Positions 13,076 through 26,597 are shown, numbered from the stretch's first letter. The stretch is 64,000 bases of DNA from Lingula anatina (GCA_051362555.1 CM120644.1:20730534-20794533), one strand, 5' to 3'. Numbers and translations: made by a program. Notes: generated by a model from the letters alone, not told the origin.

Positions 13076-16000
13076 ATTTTCGACAACGCAACTGATTTCA
13101 TGGCAGATAGTTGCGCCAATGTACACATCTAAAAAGAGTGTACATTTTGTCATTTAAACCATCTTCAAACAAACACGCGAGTGATAGGTAATCTAGACTA
13201 AACCTTAGCAATTAAGCGAGACAGAAAGGCCATTTTCATATTCGTTCAGGGGACTGGAGGATTGTCAATGGGAGATCGTGAGCGATCTGAGCATGATGAT
13301 AAGGCAATTTCCACACTAGTTCAAGGGACTTCGTTACTGTATTTGTCAGCAAGAGATCGTCAGCAATCCGAGCAAGCCTAGATGCTAGAAGGCAATTTTC
13401 ATATAGTCAGCGGGAAATGGTTTGCGTCACAGGGGCGTAACTAGGCACATGCTCGGATACACTGTGCGTACAATATTATTCTCTATAAATTTATTGTATT
13501 TTTCAAGGAATATTATCGAAAATCCCAATCGATTGTAAGTTAACGTCACCTGAATTTACAAATCCTCTGTATAATTTATATATGCACAATTGTTCTGACA
13601 CCCCTTCTCGTTTGCTTTCACAAAATTGAGGTAAACAATGCTAGTTACCATCAGAAGTCCGATCTTAATCGTCCATCTAGATCGAACTTCCTTTATCTCT
13701 TAATTAGATGGTAAAGTGCCCTTCAGCTCACAGGTAGTCTCTGTCTTGAGTGTATCGAACGCACTCTCGCTGGTAAAAATCTACCTGTGCGTTATTTTCA
13801 AAGAGCTGCCCCAGCAAACCTGGGGGCACTAGATAAATCTGATCATCGGACTAAACAAGGAGCCAGAGAAACAAATGAAGATTGATTTTTCCTGCAAAGC
13901 TTCAAAGAATTTTGACACAGACTTGATCCAGCTTAACCCTCCAAACTAACGAGGTGACATGGGCAATTTTTACAAAATGTACAAACAATTAAACTAAGAT
14001 GTATTAGTACTTTATCCTTTAATATAATTGGTTGATTTTGGGAGCCATGCACCCGCATGTAAGCTGGTTGATGTCTTATTTAAGTTCAACCTAGAGAAGT
14101 CGACCATGAAGTGGATATCATGAAGTGGATAACAAGAAGGCGTCATAAAAGTACAACAATCCGAGCTTTCTGTTTTTCAAATTATTTTTTGAGAACTCAG
14201 GATAAGTACAACAAACCATATCAAACAGCAGTACCGCACCGTTATTCAGAATGTAGCTCGCTACAAGCAGGCACAATCTTTATAAGTGTCCAAAGTTTGT
14301 GTCAGTAAGCCCCTAGTTAAATAAATATAGTGTTATGAGCAAGGCTTTTCCCAGCAAACCATTCAGCCATCATTTGGAAAGCCACTGACATCACCGGACG
14401 GCCTATATTTTCAAAGGTGGCTAGACGGCTTACGACTTTTTTTGAAAAATGATGGCTTGTCGGGACAGCCGAGGACATTAATTGTAAGTAATTTGATGTA
14501 CCCAGCTTTTATGATGCGTCACAGATGAATGGTACTACTTTGTAGTGTACGCTGATATTCAGTCACGACAAAACTACTCCCTAAAGCTTACAAAACATCA
14601 TAAAATTTTTCTATTAACTTTAAGATACACATTCCACGCCATATGCAGCAGTGACAAGAGTGACCTTCATGCGGTACAAAACACTCTAAGCAAACTAACC
14701 GCCAATTTGTGAAAGGGGACACCTTCCGGACCTTCATACGCATGGCAACTGACAAAGCTACTTGACAAAAAGCCAATTTTCAAATTTTCAGCGAGAGATC
14801 GTTCGCAATCCGAGAGAGATGAGGAGGCAATTTTCATATTTGTTAAAGAGACTTTGCAATTTTCGTATCGTCAGTCGAGCGAAACGAGAAAGCTCATATT
14901 CGTTCAGTGGCTTTCGTTTGGGGAAGATCTTCAGCCGGAGTTCGTTCTCGCTTGTTTTTAACCCTCCCTCCACATTGAAATTTATAATTTTTAAAAATAT
15001 TTTTCATTTCATTTGTACATTTCAAGGGACTTCATTAGCAGAAGATCGTCAGCAGGAGATCGTTAAGGATCTGAGCGAGACAAGAAAGCAATAATGGTAA
15101 TCTTTATTGCAGCGCTTAATATTGCTTCTTTTGTTCTGTTACTGAAGTCTCTACTGTTAACAGTGCTATTGTGTGCCTCAGCAAAAATACCGATTGCTAT
15201 CTCACACTGAGTACTGCTGTAAAGAAACAACAGCCCAACTCTTAAATGTACATACGAACAGAGCATCGGTGGAGCGTGGATTCCCAGAAACACATGTAAA
15301 CCACTTCTTCTAGTTTCTTATACGACTCTAATAAATTCGACATGCCAAGGGATAAACTGAATAAATCACCCGATCAGCCATAAAAGAGCTTTAGAGTGCT
15401 CCTTTCTTAAAATTTTTGGTTGTCAACTACTTTTGTGACCTACTTTTCTGCCCCATTGACATACAGCATAGAATGCTAGCAGAAAAATCTGTTCAAACAT
15501 CACTTTCGGGTAAAATTAAACAATGCCTTTTGGTAATTCTCTTAGTTATACTACTTGAAACTATATGCTGGCATTTGGTTGGTTTTTATGACAAAAAAAT
15601 TGACTTTGTATGTACCTTTAATAGATTCTCCTGTTATCTGAATGAATGGTGATGACGTTGTTGTTTAGCATCCTAAACTAACTGTACTGATCGTTATCTT
15701 GCACCTTGGGCTGCACATGTAGTACTCAGGTAAAGGTATGCTAGGGCAACATTGCCGACCGTTAGATCTTTATGAGCGCTAAAAAATAGCCCAATGGCTG
15801 ATTTTAAGGTGTACGAAATTCATAAAAATCAAGATCGCACAAAATTGCTTACTGGCCGAAATTCATGGCCCAGAAAAAACTCCAGACGGCTGATTTTAAG
15901 ATCGTTCAAAATTTAAGAACCGTTCGAAATTCGGGGCACATTACCATAACCTATAAAAATTAACTGAGTGAACAGATTTATATTTTTTAATAATGCTGTG

Positions 16001-18049
16001 AAAATATTATATTTATTATTATTGCTATTGTTATTATTGAAATCAGACAAATGATTGAAGTCTTATTATAATATACAATTGCATAATATATAAATTTTAA
16101 ACCTCATAGTTAGCATCAATTTTAAGTCGGACTTGTGATTAAAATTAACTTCAATATACCAAATTCATTTCAAGCTATTGACTTGTTTATCTTAACTGTC
16201 AGTTTGATATAAACAGTTTGCCTACAGCTTGCTCAGTCAGGTCAAATAACTATACATAGCACAGTTTAAATGGGCAGTACATAAGGGCAGTACATAACCA
16301 TTAAGCTGTTTCAAAAATCTAAGCCAGAAGCTAGGTCAGGAATGTTCTAAGGAAGAGGCAAGTAATCTGAAAACATTGATTTCTGGATTGAAAAAGAAGA
16401 CTTTTTTTTGTAAAATTAGAAAGAAAAATGCAAAGTTAAAGAGACAGAATAAGAAGTGAGCATGTAACTGTCATTCTTTGCTAGTGGTACACTGGGGGGG
16501 GGGGGGGTGCAGCATAACAAGAATGTAATTTAAATTTAGATAGCTAATGAAATTCTCATGACATTGTTGTGTATGTCTCAATAACAAATCAGAGAAGATG
16601 CATGAGCAAGGAGGATGCTGTTATTAAAGCAAAAAAAGAGAAAAAGAAAAAATATAGCGAAAATACGGTCAAAATGGCGTGGAATTCTGACCCTACCTCT
16701 TTTTATGAACAGTTTGTTTAGGTTTTGAATGAATAATTGAAGCAGGAAATACACCTACTGCAAGAAGATATGATAAACAGAATGTGCACATGGTTATTTA
16801 AATAAAAATTTATTTGAAGTCACAAAATTACCGTAGCTAATGTGTCCCAGCCCAATGAAAACTTCATCTAATCCTATCTTTCCATATTAAAACTCTTCAG
16901 TGCATCCAAAGTAGTCTGTCGGTTAGTTTTTGTCACGAATTCGAAGTCCATGCAGCTAATATCAGTTTTCTTAAGAATTTCACATTTCTTGCTCAACAAG
17001 GTTGAATTTTCTTCACCGTGTCCCATGTAACCTTAGTTACGCTGAAACTTCAGAGATTGATTTTTATCAGACTACTTTAAAATGCAGCGTGAAAATAATA
17101 CATCAATAGCGATCTGCTTCCATACCCACTAATTGATGATGTCTCACACACAAATGGCTTCTTTTGCACACTGAAAAGTCAGTTCAAAGTGGCACGTGTC
17201 CCATTCGAATAACTTGTAACGCAGCTACGATCTCAAGATCGGATGCAGGGGCACACGTGTAATTCCCTCAATTTATCCGCTACGGGACCATTTATAGGGA
17301 TCTTCTTTGTATGATGGTGAGAAATACTGAATTTCATTTCATTTTTCCTCAATATATAGTTTCAACATAGGTCTATATGTGTACCGATTGATTCTTACCA
17401 TTCGATTAGTGAGGTGACTTCTTCTGAACTTCTGTTTTTCGTCTGTGTCACATGGTAATGTGGTGACACCGTATTCATGTTCTCTTGTTCTGGAAAACTC
17501 AATCATCGAAATTGAATGACTTTTTTTAGTTTTGTCTTAAATTAAGCTGCTACACTGTATTCAGTACGTTTAAAACTTAACCGTCTGTAAAAACAGCAAT
17601 AATGGATTAATCGCAACACTTACATTATACAGAGACACAATGAAGCACCGAAAATGGGTGATGAAATAGGTGTCCCAGAAATGCCTGTTTGCCACTCATA
17701 ATGCACTGTACTTTGTTTGAATAAGCAATAAACTATTTGTAATCTTAGGTTACCCATAGTTCGTTATCAGAGTAAACAGATTCTTTGTATGTTTTTTTTT
17801 TTTCAGAATCCCAAGAGTGGATGCCTTGGTGAGCACAGAGCAGATATCACCGTGTGGTCCACAGATGTCAGAAAGAATTTTATAATACTGAACTTTGTGT
17901 TACATTGAACTTCATTTTGTTAAATTTTGTATTTAACTGAACTTTATTGTGTTAAAATAATAAAAAATGATAATAATTCTGAAAAAAAAAACTACAATCT
18001 GGAACATTCTTTAGATCAACTTTGTTCATTGTGTGTCCCATGTAACAGA

Positions 18050-18147
18050 CCCAGCAGGCAAATGACATTGATTCTACGTTGATTCAACGTTGATCCACCA
18101 AAATTAACATTGATTCAACGGTGAATCAATGTCATTTGTCTGCTGGG
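18050..18147. mobile_element. 98-bp miniature CCCAGCAGGCA element
   Basis: Near-perfect foldback CCCAGCAGGCAAATGACATTGATTC...GAATCAATGTCATTTGTCTGCTGGG; AGA TSD. Confidence 0.85.
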
Positions 18148-18898
18148 AGAGTTACAGTAAACAAAATATGCGCATTTATCCTCTGTTTGTCAATTCCAAT
18201 TTAAAAGCATGTGAGAGTGATGTTCCCTTCATGATTGAAGTGTGTGTGGATTATAGCTAAAATATTATTATCATTTACATGATTATATAAAATTTTTGTT
18301 CATGTGTCAATAATGTTACCATAACCCACATATTCACCATTTTGATTAATTATGAAATGTGGATTGAATTCTTCAAAACCAGTTTTAAAGCATTGAGACA
18401 ACACCCCCTTATGATTTAAACTAAAACTGAAAACATTCCATTCGGCTTTCATTAGTTTGTGCCAAATATATCTCCCAGTGTAACACATCATGGATTTGGT
18501 GGGTATAGCTGTTCAACTCTCCTGTGTGCCTTGACAAGGGCATCTGCTGTTTCCCTTTTGATGAAATGATAAACTGTGATGGTGTAGCTATCACATCACA
18601 AAATTATAGCTTCCCAGAGAAAGTTTGAAATTTTTGGTCAAATTCAACATTTTGTAACCACTAGCAAAGAATGACAGGTAAATATTTTAATTTTGTATTT
18701 TCCTATAATTTACTAATGCACCAGGATCCATAGAGCCTTGGAAAGTGTTCAACTTTAGCCCAGCACTTTAAATTCTGTTTGAGGTTTTGAAAAGTACTTG
18801 AAATTGCTATTCAACTTGAAAAAGGTTTGCATTTAACCGTTTTGGTCCTTGTCAAAATATTAATTCAAACTTTGTAGTTTTTGACATGAATGCATAGA

Positions 18899-19161
18899 CA
18901 ACTAGAAAAGCACTCTGACAGTGCAGACCTCCGCCACGGCAGCAAAGTCTCCACCCAATGCCATTTTGATTTTTGATTATTGATTGATTAATGATCCAGA
19001 TCACCACCAATAACTTATCATCTGTTCCTTGGCCCACTTCTGACAGTTTTATAAAATTTCATCAAAATCGGTCCATAAGTTTTTCTGTAATGTTGCTAAC
19101 AGACAGACAGACAGACAAACTAACGGAACCAAAAACAGAACCTCCTTGGCGGAGGTAATAA
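18899..19161 (-). mobile_element. Short Helentron/HINE-like non-autonomous element
   Basis: ACCTCCGCCA.GG sub-terminal inverted repeats, (CAGA)n microsatellite, terminal hairpin plus CTAGT; inverted homolog at ~44472-44703. Confidence 0.7.
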
Positions 19162-19465
19162 TTCACAGATGGAGATAATACCTTTTAAAGCATCTTTAGT
19201 ACTTTTCATCGTCAATTTTCAAAAAATACAAAGTTTAAATGAAGTGAGTCTTTTTTCCTTTGGTATGTACAATTGTGTTAGTGTATAACTTGCCCTCATT
19301 AGTTAAAAAAAAATCCTTGAAAACTACTTGAACTAGTGCCTGAAAAGTCACTGGACGCCAATTGCTCTTATGTGTCTGTACCTGTATGAATCCTGGCCAG
19401 TGAATTCTATGATAGTTTTTGGAATGATTAAATAATGTACAGTAGAAGTAGACTGTACAGTAGAG

Positions 19466-20250
19466 GGATGGAATTTATACATCGGGTCATGCTACATTGT
19501 CTTCATAAAATTTCTATGATGAGTTGGTGTGTAAGGAATCTGCAGGTGTGTGTGTGTGTAAGAGAGACATGGAGGTTATACATCACTTTTTGGTCAGCCT
19601 AATTTGATAATTTTGAGGCAAGAAGATTTACATATAAGATAAAATTGAGGTTTTTCCTCTATTTTGGATTGTTTGAATTTTTTTAATGAGTTTTAGGAAT
19701 TAATTTGTTAATTTTCTTTTAGTTTGGTGTGTTATTTTCCATTTCAAGGTGATATTTTACTGCCTGCAGTAAGTTTTGCATATCCTCCCCTCTGCTGCAT
19801 TTTAGTGCTTTTTTTCATCTGCTTGGGGGCAGCACCTTACAGTAAAGTTCTTGTGACTGGGAGGCTAAACTGGTAATATATCTTGATTTTTATATACAGA
19901 CACAATAAGTGTTTTTACGGTAATTAGGACTAAAATGCAGTGTGAGTTGGAAAAGCAGTGTTAATTGGCTTCATTTTCTGAAGTTGTTGTTTTTGTGAAA
20001 TTTATTGGCATTTTCACTGTCAGACTTGGAACTCCATGGGCATGAAGCTGAATGGTAATCAAATTTTCTACACATCCATGTTATTTATATTAGATATTTA
20101 AGTTGGTGGTAATTTCACTTTTAATCAGTTTGTAATATTGCATCAAAATTGACAAAAAACTACTTTGTGCACTGCGACCACAAATGTTATGAAAACAAAA
20201 CTGTGTTACTTACAGTGAAGTTATTGTGACTGGGAGGCTATACTGGTAAG
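19466..20250. repeat. Near-identical direct duplication, copy 1 (copy 2 at ~23050-23790)
   Basis: About 700 bp from GATGGAATTTATACATC through AAAACTGTGTTACT match 23.05-23.79 kb with few differences. Confidence 0.92.
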
Positions 20251-20292
20251 GTATACTGTTTATACTAAATATCTGTGGGAATGGTCCTTAAG

Positions 20293-20450
20293 GCTAACCC
20301 TAATCATTACCCTAGCCCTAAGTCTTATCCTAAGTCTAGCCCCAAGTCTTACCCTTACCCTTAACGTAAAATTAACCCCACTTTTTTAAGTGTGACCCTG
20401 AACATTAGCCCCATCTTTTAAGTGTTACTTTAAAATCAACCCTACCTTTC
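20293..20450. repeat. Degenerate 6-bp (AACCCT/AGCCCT-like) minisatellite
   Basis: TAACCC TAATCA TTACCC TAGCCC TAAGTC... periodicity. Confidence 0.55.
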
Positions 20451-21024
20451 ACCCCCAATCCATAAAAAACAATTTAATGAATAAATAACAGATAACAGGG
20501 TATGTATCAAATTCAAATTGTTCATTATTACTGTGATCTGGATGGTATCTAATAGCTTTCTGTGGCATGCCTTTTCTGTACTGATAACTTTTTCTGGCCT
20601 TGAGTCCTACGTTTTCTATTTTCTTAGAACAGTTCTTGTTTTGCATGTATTTGACTTGTTTTTTAGTCTTTTCTCCTTTTGACTTGTTCATGTTCACTTT
20701 TCAGCTAGCAACGAACAGAGGAATTTTGAGCAAGGATGGCCCCAGTATGATCCAGAAGCTGTACTGTGTGTCTACTCTGCCACTGAAATTCCTTGACGTT
20801 GCGACACATTTTGGCTTTGTTGATGTATTAGTGTCAGTGGTTTACTGCTTCTGCTTCTGGCTGTTACTATTAAATTGCTGAGAGAGTATGTACTGCATTT
20901 CTGTCTATTTTGTAGCCAATAGCTTGTCTTAATTTGTTTTTATCCTTATCAGTCATATGTAGCCTGTAGCCCTCTGGTAGCATGGGCTTGTTTCAGTGGT
21001 ACCTTTTTGTACCCTGGCATGTGA

Positions 21025-21937
21025 CCCAGTGGGCAAATTATGTTGTTTTAACGTTGAAACAACATTGAACCATAATGTTGATAATATGTTGGATAAATAT
21101 TGGATTTGAAAGTTGGCTCAACGTCAGATAACAACATTGTATCAACCCCAGTTGTTAGACAACATTCTTGCATAAAAAGACATTAAAATGACCTGAAAAG
21201 TTTTTATTTTTGGTACAAAACACAGGTACACAATTATAACGTACACTGTAAAAACATCCAAGTGCCTGCTTTGTCTGATTTTTTCAACGCATTTAGCTCC
21301 TAAGCAGGTTTTGTACCTAAGCATGGTACACCCTTTTAGCTTGGATGTGTTTAGCAGTAGGACATGTTTGATGGCTAAATATATGTAGGGTATATATGTA
21401 TGGCCTTTAAGTTAAAATTTCCAAGGTTTAGATATATATATATATATATAACAGAGTCACAGTTACCTCAACCTGTCTATCTATAACAGGGTACCGAGAA
21501 CTGTCAACATAATTAACTTCACTCCATCATATTTACAGCATCTTATTCATCCTAGTGTTAGCTGACCTTGCAAGGAATTCAGTTTATTGGAATGTATTTC
21601 TGAATAACAAGTTAAGAAAATTCACTGGTTCACTAAAGACACAAAACAACTGTCACTTTTACTTTAAAACACTTTTTTAAAAATTATTTTGATAAAGTTA
21701 TTTACAGTATTGATAAACAAAGTATCATGTTTTCAATAATTAATATTTTAAATTACAATCCATGTCTGCAAGGTTGTGTCAATGACCAAAATACAATGTT
21801 GAGTCAACATCACATTATGACGGTGTTTTGACGTGGCTGGATCAACGTTGATTTTAAGTTGAATTTAGGTAGATCAACGGCAATTCAACGTATCAATCTG
21901 TTTTCAACGTTGATCCAACGTGACTATGCCTGCTGGG
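21025..21937. mobile_element. CCCAGCAGGCA family, copy 3 (longest, 913 bp)
   Basis: CCCAGTGGGCAAATT...TATGCCTGCTGGG ends; TGA flanks both sides. Confidence 0.88.
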
Positions 21938-22046
21938 TGAATGACTTAATTGCCTCTTTTGTACAAGTTATGGTTCACATTGTAACATTCTATCATGGCA
22001 TCAGTGGTATAGGTCAGTTTTTTTAACCATCATGTTCACATCTGAT

Positions 22047-22230
22047 CAGGCCCGTAGCCAGCAATTTCAGAGGAGGGGGGAGGGGGGCGTTCATTTTCTG
22101 AAAAAGTGGACCTTTTACCATAAAATCATCAAGTACATATAGATCAAATTTTGCCCAGGGTGGACCTTTTCCCAGCAAAAAGGGTGGTTCTTTCTTTCGA
22201 ACCCCCCAAACCCCCCTGGCTACGGGCCTG
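22047..22230. mobile_element. MITE with CAGGCCCGTAGCCAG TIRs; truncated second copy from 22637
   Basis: Perfect 15-bp TIRs; CTGAT 5-bp TSD. Confidence 0.85.
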
Positions 22231-23049
22231 CTGATATTACAGTGAAAATGTCGTAGCACACTGCTGCTTAACATCATCACTGAATCTGTTAATCAGTTTT
22301 TAATTGTCCATTTTCAGTTGTCTAGAAAACATCCCAGAGCTCCAAGATACTTTGGCCGGTGCACATGAATTCTGTCCAAGACTGAGGTGATGGGTGTCTT
22401 TAAATTTCAGTAACAATGGAGGGCTGTTACTTGTTGATGCCTGTGAGGTAGGTTGGAATTAAGTCCTTTAGTGCATGTGAATCACCATCTAAAATGTGGT
22501 ATTTCACAGGTGTTGGCTCAGTGTCCTTTTGCATTTCTACCACACATGCCTTCAAGGTCTGCTTTATCACCATTGCTGGAGTTAGGGGTTGCTGTAGCAT
22601 AGTAGCGACCCCAGTGATCTGGACACATCTCACGGCAGGCCCGTATATAGCCAGCAATTTCAAAAGGGGGGGGGGGGGGGGTCTTTTTTTCGAATGAGTG
22701 GATCTTTCTTGCCTTAGAGAGTTAAGTGTTAAAAGCTTCAAAACTTCAAAATTGATATTTAAAAAAAAGTAAACCAAATACAGGAATGAAATCATGCTGA
22801 TATTAAAAGTTGTATTAATTTAAAGTCAAAAACAGAAGAAATATAAAAGAAACAAGTGTTCAGCTCATCAAGTATTGTCATAACATTACAATTAATCTAA
22901 AGCTCCACATAACATGCAGGCCTATGTGACTGGGGGAGAAATCTATTTATAACTATAACATTGTGTCATGCTTCTGTGTCTTCATTTAATATCAAAGATG
23001 ACTTGGTGTATGTGTCTGTAGTGTATGTGTTTGCGTGTGTGCAAGAGAA

Positions 23050-23110
23050 AGATGGAATTTATACATCATGTCATGCTACATTGTCTTCATATAATCTCTA
23101 TGATGAGTTG

Positions 23111-23142
<32 letters not shown>

Positions 23143-23790
23143 CATGGAGGTTATACATCACTTTTTGGTCAGCCTAATTTGATAATTTTGAGGCAAGAAG
23201 ATTTACATATAAGATAAAATTGAGGTTTTTCCTCTATTTTGGATTGTTTGAATTTTTTTAATGAGTTTTAGGAATTAATTTGTTAATTTTCTTTTAGTTT
23301 GGTGTGTTATTTTCCATTTCAAGGTGATATTTTACTGCCTGCAGTAAGTTTTGCATACCCTCCCCTCTGCTGCATTTTAGTGCTTTTTTCATCTGCTTGG
23401 GGGCAGCACCTTACAGTAAAGTTCTTGTGACTGGGAAGCTATACTGGTAATATATCTTGATTTTTATATACAGACACAATAAGTGTTTTTACGGTAATTA
23501 GGACTATAATGCAGTGTGAGTTGGAAAAGCAGTGTTAATTGGCTTCATTTTCTGAAGTTGTTGTTTTTGTGAAATTTATTGGCATTTTCACTGTCAGACT
23601 TGGAACTCCATGGGCATGAAGCTGAATGGTAATCAAATTTTCTACACATCCATGTTATTTATATTAGATATTTAAGTTGGTGGTAATTTCACTTTTAATC
23701 AGTTTGTAATATTGCATCAAAATTGACAAAAAAACTACTTTGTACACTTCCATCATAAACGTTATGTAAAGAAAACTGTGTTACTAACAA
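23050..23790. repeat. Direct duplication, copy 2 (copy 1 at 19466-20250)
   Basis: Sequence identity by eye; the (GT)n tract differs in length between the copies. Confidence 0.92.
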
Positions 23791-23795
23791 TGAAA

Positions 23796-24445
23796 TTATT
23801 AGTACCACCAGCATGTACGCTGGCATTACTCATGGTTTTAGTCCCGACCCGTCTCGTAATTAAGGCTCTGCAGGGTGTCGTGGGATACAAGTCACCGTTA
23901 CCACTTCTCCTCCTAGACTGCAAGGACCTGGGTACCCATCTCTTGGTGAAAATAAAATGTGAAATACTCTAAAATTAGCAGACATATGCCCTTGTTACTA
24001 TTGAACTTAAATAGGAAGTCATATACTGGTAATGTAACTGTGACCGTGAAATTGACCTTTGACCTAATTTTCACCACGAACTGAACTTTGCAAAGTTTGT
24101 ATCCCTTATATCTTGAAAACTGGCAGAGATACGCCCAAAGTTACTGCTGAACTTGAATAGGAATTAAGCCATATACTAGCAATCTAACTGTGACTTGAAA
24201 TTGACATTTGACCTACATTTTATGATGTTTTCGGGCCTTTATATCTCCAAAAATGGCAAAAAAATGTCAATAGTTACTATTGAACTTGAATAGGAAGTCC
24301 TAAACTGAAATTGACCTTTGACCTTCTTTTTCACCCTGAACTGAACTTTGCAAATTTTCTTGCCCCTCATATCTTCAAAACTAGCAAAGATATGAAGTTT
24401 TGCCCCTAGGTTTTCTTAAGGAAAACCAATACACCCATTTTCTAG
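23796..24445 (+). repeat. Repeat element with three ~135-145-bp internal tandem units (HINE-like)
   Basis: GTTACT.TTGAACTT.AATAGGAA...GAAATTGACCTTTGACC at ~23994, ~24140 and ~24273; hairpin GGTTTTC-TTAAG-GAAAACC near the 3' end. Confidence 0.55.
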
Positions 24446-25081
24446 AAAATCACAGGAGTGATCAATGTTAGGAAAATACAGGTCAATTTGAAGATCTGCA
24501 AGTTGAAAACCATTTTTAGTATGTTTTTTTTTTTGCATATTTTGAGGACTCTTGTTGATTGCATTTTATTAAGCTTGTCAAGCATAAGACTGGTGGTGGT
24601 GTCCCTTTTTTGGGGGGGAGGGGGCGTGGAATATGATGTTGAATAAGGTCCTAGAAAACAGGTAAGAGAGTTTAGATTCATTACTTTGCGTAATATTAAG
24701 ATAGATTGCAACATCTATGATGTAAGGTCTCACTTTGTAAGTATCTAGTTCCACGACTATCTCACGAGGTGGTGTGTGCAGAATAAAAATTGAACGAAAA
24801 ATATTTCCCACTCAGTACAAATGCTTATACTTGTAGTATTAGATGAGGAAAGTTGGGTCTTTATACAGTTGTAATTGTTTAATCATTAGTGGGAATGGGA
24901 TAGGATAAATCTTAGGTGCATTTTCGGTAGCTGAATAGCAATAAGAAGTGTAGGCCGCCACCTTGTTTATGTTTCAGAAAAAAATCTCTCCAAACAGCTT
25001 TTCTCCCCTACAAATATTGTGCTAACAGCAACCCATTCCAGAAACCCACTGTAAGGAGTAATCTGCATCTGGCATTGATAG

Positions 25082-25550
25082 GCAAACTGGGTAGCATAAT
25101 GAAGAACAACAAAATTTCTATGACGACAAAGATTAGAATGTTGAGTTGTTATGTGTTTTCCATTCTCACTTATGGAAGCGAATGCTGGACTACATCCCAA
25201 GGTATAGAACAACGAATAGAAGCGGCAGAGTTGTGGTTTCTCAGGAAAATGATGAGAATATCTTGGACAGTGAGAATGACAAATCAGGAAGTGTTGGAGA
25301 GAGTAGGAACAAAGCGTTTCCTTCTAAAAAGCATACAGGTAATGCGGAAGGAAGAGCTGGAACATCTTAGTGTGACAGGCAAGATCAATGGAAAGCGAAG
25401 CAGGGGCAGGCAAAGATTAACATACACAGCAAGCATAAGTAGATGGACAGGAATAGCGGAGCTAGACCTGTTGAAGACCGCAAAGGACAGGAAGAGGTGG
25501 AAGTCCATGATCGCCAACGTCCTAATGGGACAAGGCACTTGAGAGAGAGA
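25082..25550 (+). mobile_element. 5'-truncated RTE-clade LINE 3' end
   Basis: ORF 25075-25542: CYVFSILTYGSECWT...EAAELWFLRKMMRISW...TNQEVL...GKRSRGRQR...W, followed by a short (GA)n tail. Confidence 0.9.
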
Positions 25551-25903
25551 TTTACCAGTGTTTTCAGTGTCATTTTATGTTTTCTCAAATACATTGTCTG
25601 CAGAAGATACTTTTCATTAGACCCAGACAACTAATCTGCTTATCACAGATTTTTATTGTTGTTAAGTATCATCTGTACAAATTTAAGAAATATTGGACAA
25701 GATTTGACAAAATTATAAACATTTAACATTTTTAAGCTATGGTATTTACCAGTGTTTTCAGTGTCATTTTATGTTTTCTCAAATATATTGTCTGTAGAAG
25801 ATGCTTTTCATTAAACCTTGGGATTTGCCAATTTTTTCAATGTTATTTTCAGTTTAACCAAATATATTGTCCAAAGAAGATTTTTCATTAGACACAGTCA
25901 ACT

Positions 25904-26597
25904 TGTAAAGTTTCCACCCCCTTTACAATGCGTAATTGTAACGCAAGATTGGGCCGCACAGTGTTGAGTTGGCGCAGTCTTCGTACAAAAACCCAAGACG
26001 TTCACTTTGGGGTTAAACGAAAGAGTTTTATTTCTTCTACATCTGCCCTTCTAAGCTAACTGTGGTTCTTCTATATTAAACACTACAATATTCTGCACTG
26101 TACTTCACTGTCCAGTATGGCTCTCTGCATAAGTTATTCTATTCACCAGGGGAAAACCCCAGCCCTATATACTAATCTGTGAGTAATTCAAAAGTATTTT
26201 ACTCTGAGCACTGTCACCCAAAAGCTATTAACATAATAAAAGCCCTAATTCAGAACCCCAGGTCGGGCACGTCCAAACCCCGGACACTGGGTGGGGAAGA
26301 CCGGGTTAGGTCATCTCAAAGGTGTATTTCTGTGCCGTTCTCTCATCAAGGTCATGGTTGATTAGTGGTCAAAGTTCATTTATCAGCCAAATGATTTTCT
26401 AATTGGTGCCTAAAGCACGTACTTGTCAAAAGGGGCTGAATAAATGAAAATAATTGAAATTTTAATTTCTACCAAAAAGGAAAAGGTTTTACTTAATGAT
26501 TTGGGTAAACGCACACTTGAATGAAATACTAGTGTGGCTTTTTGGGTGGCCGAAAATGTTGCATAATGTTTTAGGTCAAAGAGGCACATACTTTACA
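25904..26597 (-). repeat. 3' LTR (694 bp)
   Basis: TGTAAAG...CTTTACA termini; about 11 substitutions and two indels (8 and 4 bp) versus the other LTR, counted by eye. Confidence 0.96.

Noticed and set aside
20293-20450. Telomere-like CCCTAA repeats
   Set aside because: Too degenerate and short to call an interstitial telomere; such 6-mers are common inside invertebrate repeats.
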